From Burkholderiales bacterium RIFCSPHIGHO2_12_FULL_69_20 (GTDB lineage Bacteria > Pseudomonadota > Gammaproteobacteria > Burkholderiales > Burkholderiaceae_C): DNA of 9,562 nucleotides. A program made the translations under genes and the position numbers. Shown piece by piece: positions 1 through 5,217 of this stretch (the first letter of the stretch is position 1; the number at the start of each line of letters is the position of its first letter). The stretch spans positions 35,411 to 44,972 of the forward strand of contig MESD01000042.1 in the NCBI GenBank assembly GCA_001770815.1, written 5' to 3'. The notes beneath the pieces were generated by a model. It was not told where the DNA came from. It did not search any database and was given only the letters and a program-made list of their open reading frames with translations.

Positions 1-218
1 ACAAGACTTCGAAGGCAAGGGCGCCACGGGGATCTGTAGTGAAGGAGCCCAAGGCTTATCTGAAGGGTGTGACATACAAGAACCCGAATGGTCCTGAGAC
101 TTGGATAGGTGGCTCACTTGGGCGCCAACCGCCCTGGCTGCGCCAGCTTGTGCCCAGCACCTTGCCTTTGGAGGAGCGAGCTAAGCAATTCAGTGGCTTG
201 GCGGTCAAGAAGAAGTGA
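1..218 (+). CDS. H-NS-family nucleoid-associated protein, C-terminal DNA-binding part (5' end lies outside the window)
   Basis: Frame 3 is open from the window edge to TGA at 216-218. The translation reads ...KGVTYKNPNGPETWIGGSLGRQPPWLRQLVPSTLPLEERAKQFSGLAVKKK. The TW-x-G-...-GR-x-P-x-WL segment matches the H-NS C-terminal DNA-binding loop. It is absent from the ORF track because there is no start codon in the window. Confidence 0.7.
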   Translation, partial: KTSKARAPRGSVVKEPKAYLKGVTYKNPNGPETWIGGSLGRQPPWLRQLVPSTLPLEERAKQFSGLAVKKK

Positions 219-338
219 TCTACCTACCGCAGAAGCTGGCGTCAATAGTTCGCGCCGGATTTGACTTAGTATGATAAATAGCTCTATCCGCGCAATGTGG
301 ATGACTGCATAGGTGTCAAGAGGCGAAAATCAAGACCC

Positions 339-377
339 GCCCCACTGTCCGTAACAGGATCGTGGGGCTTTTTGTTG
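339..377 (+). terminator. Rho-independent terminator-like hairpin
   Basis: GCCCCAC (339-345) pairs with GTGGGGC (362-368) and is followed by TTTTTGTTG. It lies about 120 nt downstream of the H-NS-like stop codon. Confidence 0.55.
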
Positions 378-1117
378 CCTTGATGGTAAATATAGTTGTC
401 AGCATCTTCGCCATGCAGACAACTATGCAGATGAAGGTTAGTGCGCCGAGTCAAAATTGCACCAGCGAGTCGTTCAGAATAGAGCGCAACAGCTAAGACC
501 CCCGGGCTGCCGATGTGGGGCAAGAACAAATAAAACAATGGCCTATAAAGCCATCAAGAGCGGACTACTGAAGCTGAGACATGCCGGTAGCTAACCAAGC
601 AGCTTGTGAGTGTTGTTCGAAGGAAGCTTCTTCCTAAAAACTGGCAGCGGTTCATAATGAGCTGATCATCCCGCTGCATACACGAGCCTATCGACGGCAT
701 CGTTTAGTGATGCGCAATGCGCGGGTTTAGACATAGTCAATCCAGTTCCCATAAATCACTTCTCGATTTGTATTGCAGCCTCACGACTGAAGAACACAAG
801 AATGTCATTGAAATAGACATGCCACCAATGGGAGATCAATGCATCTGCTGATTGATCGACCAAGTGGATGATGTGCCGCTTTCGTTGGTTCTTTGAATGG
901 GGTCAACAACAAGTGAATGAGTGCCGCAGCGACAGCGCAGGCATGAATGAGCGCAGTTGTTCGTCCGCGCTGAAAGCGTGGGGCGATTAAATGCAAATCA
1001 CGCGTGAGCGTAAGTAGCACATTTTTTTGGGAGAGCTCTGACTTGCGAAGTCGGCGGTCCGTTCGTTTGCACTCAAGACGATTGCTGTTCGTGCTGCCGC
1101 ACTCACTCGTGCGTCAT

Positions 1118-1229
1118 TCGCTTCGCTCATGCCACACGGCCAGTCGAGCCTGTCCTCCGTCTCGCTTCGCTCAACTGCGGAAGGCTGAACTGTATTGGCT
1201 GCGCCTTCGTTCTTCAGTCGCTTCGCTCA
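1118..1229. repeat. Three exact direct copies of the 12-mer TCGCTTCGCTCA
   Basis: Exact copies sit at 1118-1129, 1162-1173 and 1218-1229 (start-to-start spacing 44 and 56 bp). The surrounding stretch is rich in TTCG(C/T)T and has no convincing ORF. Confidence 0.85.
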
Positions 1230-1412
1230 GCAGACGAGTTTTGAACGATGCCATCGTAGAACTCAAGGAAGTCTCATGCCTGCGGCGCTAGCTTGTTGAT
1301 TGGCATGCAGTGGTTCATTTGATTTCTGATAGATGCTGATCAAAGAAAATCAGGTTGTCCTTTCGAGGAGGTAAAGCATAAAGTTGCGATCTATCAATGA
1401 CAGAGTTAGAAG

Positions 1413-1679
1413 ATGCTATTTGACCTTGGGGCAATAGTTGCCACCCCTAGCTGCCTGCGGCATTGCTTGAAGAGCAATGTTGATCCAATGCATCTCATTC
1501 GGCGCCATGCAGCTGGTGACTGGGGAAGTGTTGACTCTGACGATGTAAAGGCAAACGATCATGCAATCAAGCACGGCCTACGTGTCTTCAGCTCTTACAT
1601 CGTTGGTGATGACAAGGTCTGGTGCATCACGGAGGCAGATAGAAGTTCAACATGCCTCTTGCTTCCACAAGAATACTAG
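1413..1679 (+). CDS. Small conserved plasmid/ICE-associated protein of unknown function (GDWG...ITEADRS...LLPxEY family)
   Basis: 88-aa ORF containing RHAAGDWGSVDSDD...KHGLRVFSSY...VWCITEADRSSTCLLLPQEY. From memory, this motif string marks a roughly 90-aa family common on plasmids and integrative elements, sometimes mislabelled as type I restriction subunit M. The Shine-Dalgarno sequence is weak (GAG/GAAG upstream). Confidence 0.65.
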   Translation: MLFDLGAIVATPSCLRHCLKSNVDPMHLIRRHAAGDWGSVDSDDVKANDHAIKHGLRVFSSYIVGDDKVWCITEADRSSTCLLLPQEY

Positions 1680-1791
1680 TGGATGCTTCCTTGCATTGCC
1701 CCGTCAATTCGATGGGTGATCAATCTCCGGTCGCTCTCCACTCAAGAAGATCACATACTAGCTCTACTGTGTTTAACAAAGGAGCTAGGAA

Positions 1792-2235
1792 ATGAGTGCA
1801 CTTTCGAAGCTGAAGCTTGTGAGCGTTCAAGCCGAACGCAAATCTCCGACCAATCTGCGTCGTAACAAGCTGACTGGGAAAATTGACCAACAAATCGCGA
1901 GCGCAAAAGCCGCGATTGAAGGTCGCAGCTATGCCGCAAGTCGCACGAAATTCGTCAAGGACGGCGAAACTGGCGAGCGAAAGCAGGTTGAGTCGTCGAC
2001 CCGAGTCAAGCAGTGGTGGTGGAAGTCACCGACCGGGAAGGTCGTGCTTGCTTTGCGATATGGCGCCAAGCCGCTAGAAATCGCCAAGGGCAAGAACGCC
2101 ATCGAGGTTGGCGACATGGACGGCCTGGTTGCCGCACTAGAGGCGGTCAAGGAAGCCGTGCAGGCCGGCGAGCTTGACGCTCAGATCGAGCAGGCTAGCG
2201 GTGCACTGCGCGCTGGCTTCGCCAAGAAGAAGTGA
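1792..2235 (+). CDS. Conserved hypothetical genomic-island protein (resembles the family I recall as DUF6641)
   Basis: 147-aa ORF with a good SD (AAGGAG, 7 nt upstream). The motifs RRNKL..., ...KQWWW...GKVVLALRYGAKPLEIAKGKNAIEV..., and AVQAGELDAQIEQ match my recollection of this island-borne family. Confidence 0.7.
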   Translation: MSALSKLKLVSVQAERKSPTNLRRNKLTGKIDQQIASAKAAIEGRSYAASRTKFVKDGETGERKQVESSTRVKQWWWKSPTGKVVLALRYGAKPLEIAKGKNAIEVGDMDGLVAALEAVKEAVQAGELDAQIEQASGALRAGFAKKK

Positions 2236-2246
2236 GGGGCGGCGCA

Positions 2247-2411
2247 ATGAACACGTACCAGGCCTCGGTGCGCGTAAAGAGCGCCAGCGGCAGTGGCACG
2301 ATGGTGGTGTGGGCGCAAGTTCAAGCCAGCAACCCCATCGCAGCCCGGCAACAGCTTGAGGCTCAGTACGGGCGTGGCAACGTCGTCGGATTGCCTTGTC
2401 TTGCAGGCTGA
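2247..2411 (+). CDS. Small 54-aa protein, unknown function (below the ORF-track size cut-off)
   Basis: ATG at 2247 lies 12 nt after the upstream stop, with a GAGGGG SD about 8 nt upstream. Translation: MNTYQASVRVKSASGSGTMVVWAQVQASNPIAARQQLEAQYGRGNVVGLPCLAG. The tight spacing suggests co-transcription with 1792-2235. Confidence 0.5.
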   Translation: MNTYQASVRVKSASGSGTMVVWAQVQASNPIAARQQLEAQYGRGNVVGLPCLAG

Positions 2412-2430
2412 CCCGACGTCCTGCCACAAG

Positions 2431-3027
2431 CTAGGCTGGTGTGCGTGCCCGTCTGGCGAAGCCGATTGCCAGTAACCCCGCCGTAAGTAGCGCGAAAGTA
2501 GATGGTTCTGGTACTGCCTGCGCCTGGCCATACGCTGTGATCTGAACCTGGCCCGAAAGAGTCGCGCTGGGGCCTCCGGAACTGAAGGATGCCCCGCCAT
2601 TGCCCGAGAGCTTCGTGTCAGACTTGCCCAGCAACAGCCGGTTAAGGAACGTCCATGCCCCATCAACCGGCGCGTTGTTCTCCGTGACCATCTGCGATGC
2701 GCCCGGAGTCGGTTCTGTGACGCATGCGATGCTTAGAGGGTTGCAGAAGTGCAAGCCTACGCTGCTGCCGAGATAGGTGCTGACGAAGGTGACGGACTGT
2801 GGTGGGCCAAAGTTGGATGTGAATCCTATGAATTCGACCAAGTATGAATCCACCGTTGCTGAGCCCACGTCGAGACCGCCTGCGTCCCAGGAGCCGGCGA
2901 TGGTGTTTGGACTTCCCGAGAAACTGAAGTTGATGGTGGTCGAGTCAAGCGCTACGGCGGCGGCGTGCGTGACGTTGGTCATGGAAACGGCGACCATTGC
3001 AACTACCCCTACAACTCGGCTTTTCAT
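2431..3027 (-). CDS. PEP-CTERM sorting-domain secreted protein
   Basis: The C-terminus ...AVPEPSTFALLTAGLLAIGFARRARTPA is a canonical PEP-CTERM signal: VPEP, a hydrophobic helix, then an Arg cluster. I place the start at the internal ATG at 3027 (MKSRVVGVVAMVAVSMTNVTHAAA, signal-peptide-like, AAGGGA SD upstream) rather than the ORF-track start at 3171. Confidence 0.8.
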   Translation of the reverse strand: MKSRVVGVVAMVAVSMTNVTHAAAVALDSTTINFSFSGSPNTIAGSWDAGGLDVGSATVDSYLVEFIGFTSNFGPPQSVTFVSTYLGSSVGLHFCNPLSIACVTEPTPGASQMVTENNAPVDGAWTFLNRLLLGKSDTKLSGNGGASFSSGGPSATLSGQVQITAYGQAQAVPEPSTFALLTAGLLAIGFARRARTPA

Positions 3028-3266
3028 CGTTCGTCCCTTTAGGGCCTGTGCAGATTTGACTGCATAAATGTGCTCCGCTCTTGTTTGCGTTGCACGCGCA
3101 CCATGCGAGTGGAGCCCGCAACCGTCCTTAGGCTGACCTCCATGCGCGTCGCACTCATGGTACCGCTCCATAGTGCAACACCACCATCATTGACTTGGGG
3201 GATACCGAAGCCCGGCATTCGCGTCGTCGGCGCTGATAAATATGACGAACACCATGGGGACCAAAC

Positions 3267-3476
3267 ATGCGACTAGAAGAGATCCAACCGAAAGACGCAG
3301 CCGAGCAACGCGTCGACAGGCTGAAGGACAACGCGACAGCTGCGAGCGACAGGGCTAAGAAGCTCAAGGCGCAGGCTAACGCTGAAGCGGAGCGACTGCG
3401 TGTAACCCGGTCGCAAGAGCGGCCCGAGAGAACGACGAAGTCTGGGGCAGCCGCAATGATCAAGCCGCACTCCTAG
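3267..3476 (+). CDS. Small charged, probably helical protein, unknown function
   Basis: 69-aa ORF rich in K/E/A/R (…RVDRLKDNATAASDRAKKLKAQANAEAERLRV…) with a GGGGA SD-like element upstream. An antisense ORF (3273-3548) overlaps it and looks less protein-like. Confidence 0.4.
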   Translation: MRLEEIQPKDAAEQRVDRLKDNATAASDRAKKLKAQANAEAERLRVTRSQERPERTTKSGAAAMIKPHS

Positions 3477-3685
3477 TCGGTCGCCAGAAAGCGTCGAGAG
3501 AGGTCTGCACAAAAAGGAGGCACTCGGAGTCGTCCAAGAAAACATCAATTTAGCGAAGTTGCACGATCATATTGATCTATCGCGTTGGAGGTGCATTCGA
3601 TTATGGGGAATAGGGCGTGAAAATAAGTGATTGGTCGTCAACGCGGACGAAGATAAGCGAATTCGCATCAATGCCATTTCACCCT

Positions 3686-3716
3686 TGACAAACAACAATG
3701 CCCCTTTCGGGGCATT
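3686..3716 (-). terminator. Rho-independent terminator ending the 333-aa/139-aa operon
   Basis: Perfect 8-bp stem AATGCCCC/GGGGCATT (3697-3716) with a 4-nt loop (GAAA on the minus strand). On the minus strand it is followed by TTGTTGTTTGT. It lies about 25 nt after the stop of 3742-4161. Confidence 0.65.
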
Positions 3717-3741
3717 ATTTGGCAACAACACTGAGCAAACA

Positions 3742-4161
3742 TTACGATTCTTTGAACTCATTGAAGTCAAACTTGAGTGCATCCGCACATCGAATGTTGC
3801 GCATCACGTGCAGATTGTTTTCCTCCGTTTGCCCTGCTACTTCAAGCAGCCTAAAGCGACATTCATCCACATTGTCTTGCAGCAGCTCGACACCGTAGAT
3901 GGAAGCAAGCGGATTCTTGTGCCTGAGAGATGCCTTGATATATAGAACTGGCACGAAAACTTTTCCATTTCCTGCCGCCGGGGCAGAGTAGGTCTTACCT
4001 TCTTCCCAGGCTGTGTCCGGAAGTTGCGAAAGTAACTCCAACACTAGCTTGGTCGGAGTGAAGATTTCGCCATACTCCCTTGCACGCTCCTTGCTGCGCA
4101 CAAGGAAGTAGTCCATTGCTTCGTCTTCGCACAGCTTTTGCAACTCGGGCGAGAAGTTCAT
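3742..4161 (-). CDS. Methyltransferase-like SAM-binding module lacking the catalytic motif (gamma-class N6-adenine MTase N-terminal half)
   Basis: 139 aa. G31-EIFTP-TKLVLELL resembles motif X (FxTP). Y58-SAPAAGNGKVFV resembles a degenerate motif I ((D/E)PxxGxG). I88-YGVELLQDNV resembles motif III. NIRCADALKFDF resembles the segment just before motif IV. The ORF stops at ...NEFKES, so no (N/D)PP(Y/F/W) is present. Its start overlaps the upstream stop (ATGA at 4158-4161). Confidence 0.65.
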   Translation of the reverse strand: MNFSPELQKLCEDEAMDYFLVRSKERAREYGEIFTPTKLVLELLSQLPDTAWEEGKTYSAPAAGNGKVFVPVLYIKASLRHKNPLASIYGVELLQDNVDECRFRLLEVAGQTEENNLHVMRNIRCADALKFDFNEFKES

Positions 4162-5159
4162 TCTGGTTTTTTCTCACGCTGGGCATCGAACTCCTTCTTA
4201 ATGCGCATCGCACGCGCAAGACCGTCCTCGTGAATTTGTGTCTGCTTGGGAGTTATTACGGCCGGTGCGCCTCTGTCAGAGTGGACTAAGTCATTTGCGC
4301 GTTCCAAAGCAGGAATATCCTCGCCCGTCATAAGATACGGCATCACTTCCGCATCGTTCCTTGCAACCGCTTCGTGGTAGTCGCTCATATGCAGAACAGG
4401 ACTTCCCACGACGCCCGCAGTAAGTATTATTTGCGATGTAGTAACGACTACCTTTAGAAAGCTAAACCTCCCCTCATTTATCACAACGGTAATCTTTACT
4501 GATGCGCCCTCCTTGCAATACTTCATTAGCTGCAACAAGCGCGGCGCATCATACGAATACTGCGGCAATATCGCCCTATCACAATCGTCTGACAATGTGA
4601 ATCTGCACATTACCCGATCGTCAGGGCCGATTGCTGCACGAACCCGCATCCTTTTGTCAGTATAGATAACAAACTGATCATCATACTGAAACTGCTCGGC
4701 TTTCGACCACCAACCCCGCAATAGATCAGTGCCCTCGGCGGTAGCTTCGAAGGTTGCTTTGTCTTCAAATCCGTGTTTCCGCGATAGCAACTCATATGCT
4801 TTGTAGCTACCCATCGTTGCTTTAGATAGCAGGGGCACTGAATGCGAACTGTCATTGCTGCCTGTTATCAGGATTGACTTGGCTCCATTTCTTGCCCTGA
4901 ACATCGCCGCAGTGCAAGTTTGATAATGCGGATGCTTAAGGATTGCTTTGATTAGATCGAGCGTGCTTATCCCAACATCCTCGTCCAGCCCTTCTACCTT
5001 TTCGAGAAAGCCGCTATGTGCTCTGAAGATTTGAAACTCTGGATTCTCATAGCGGGAACTGCTAAAGCTGGCGCCGTGCTTTCCCAAGAAGAGAGGCTTC
5101 ATCTCTTCAAATGGTTGAACATACTGCACCAATAGCCGCAAGCAATCGATTAGTTGCAC
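4158..5159 (-). CDS. Unknown 333-aa protein with no family I can recognise
   Basis: Long ORF with a GTG start at 5159 and a GGAG SD 7 nt upstream. The 4-nt overlap with the downstream gene indicates translational coupling. It is among the lowest-GC parts of the window (about 40-48% on hand-counted lines). An alternative ATG at 5102 (MKPLFLG...) has a poorer SD. Confidence 0.7.
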   Translation of the reverse strand: MQLIDCLRLLVQYVQPFEEMKPLFLGKHGASFSSSRYENPEFQIFRAHSGFLEKVEGLDEDVGISTLDLIKAILKHPHYQTCTAAMFRARNGAKSILITGSNDSSHSVPLLSKATMGSYKAYELLSRKHGFEDKATFEATAEGTDLLRGWWSKAEQFQYDDQFVIYTDKRMRVRAAIGPDDRVMCRFTLSDDCDRAILPQYSYDAPRLLQLMKYCKEGASVKITVVINEGRFSFLKVVVTTSQIILTAGVVGSPVLHMSDYHEAVARNDAEVMPYLMTGEDIPALERANDLVHSDRGAPAVITPKQTQIHEDGLARAMRIKKEFDAQREKKPE

Positions 5160-5169
5160 TTCATTTCTC

Positions 5170-5196
5170 CAAAAAAATAGGCACCGAAGTGCCTAT
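5170..5196 (-). terminator. Strong rho-independent terminator after the 311-aa gene
   Basis: On the minus strand: ATAGGCAC-TTCG-GTGCCTAT (8-bp stem, UUCG tetraloop) followed by a 6-7 T run. It lies about 20 nt after the TAA at 5218-5220. The T run abuts the GGAG SD of the next gene. Confidence 0.75.
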
Positions 5197-5217
5197 GTTG
5201 CGCAAAGCCGATTGCTT

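Noticed and set aside
284-538. An 84-aa minus-strand ORF.
   Set aside because: It reads through the terminator hairpin at 339-377, has no SD, and has implausible composition. It is most likely intergenic sequence.
1118-1229. Possible mini-CRISPR array.
   Set aside because: The repeats are only 12 nt long, there are only three copies, the spacing is unequal (44 and 56 bp), there is no palindromic repeat structure, and no cas genes are present.
1004-1291. A 95-aa ORF covering the triple 12-mer repeat.
   Set aside because: Its composition is dominated by Arg/Ser/Leu, driven by the repeat itself. It has no SD and sits in an otherwise non-coding-looking stretch. I treat the repeats as DNA- or RNA-level features.
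2137-2666. Minus-strand ORFs 2137-2427 and 2181-2666, and plus-strand ORFs 2174-2359 and 2293-2475.
   Set aside because: They overlap the better-supported DUF6641-like gene, the 54-aa gene and the PEP-CTERM gene. They are Arg/Ala/Ser/Pro-rich (2181-2666 is partly antisense to the PEP-CTERM gene) and have no SD.
3028-3171. The N-terminal extension of the PEP-CTERM ORF (track start at 3171).
   Set aside because: The extension (MERYHECDAHGGQPKDG...) is not signal-peptide-like. The internal ATG at 3027 is followed directly by a typical signal peptide and preceded by an SD-like AAGGGA.
3511-3520. A strong SD-like AAAAAGGAGG in the 3477-3741 spacer.
   Set aside because: No ATG, GTG or TTG lies within 5-12 nt downstream and no ORF follows, so it is probably fortuitous. 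The nearby palindromes GATCATATTGATC (3565-3577) and GCGAATTCGC (3656-3665) are short enough to occur by chance.
5034-5045. NPEF (residues 39-42 of the 333-aa protein) as the missing catalytic motif of a split or circularly permuted methyltransferase.
   Set aside because: The canonical motif IV is (D/N/S)PP(Y/F/W), and Glu at the third position is non-canonical. The flanking sequence does not resemble a motif IV strand. The 139-aa module looks gamma-class (FxTP motif X), not the beta-class that has motif IV first. Structure prediction of the complex could test this, but I do not assert it.
3742-5159. A classical type II restriction-modification pair, with the 333-aa protein as endonuclease and the 139-aa protein as methylase.
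   Set aside because: The MTase-like protein lacks motif IV and any target-recognition domain, so it cannot protect the host. An active cognate endonuclease would then be lethal. I also found no clear PD-(D/E)xK, HNH or GIY-YIG motif in the 333-aa protein. A decayed R-M system remains possible and is listed as the refuting scenario.
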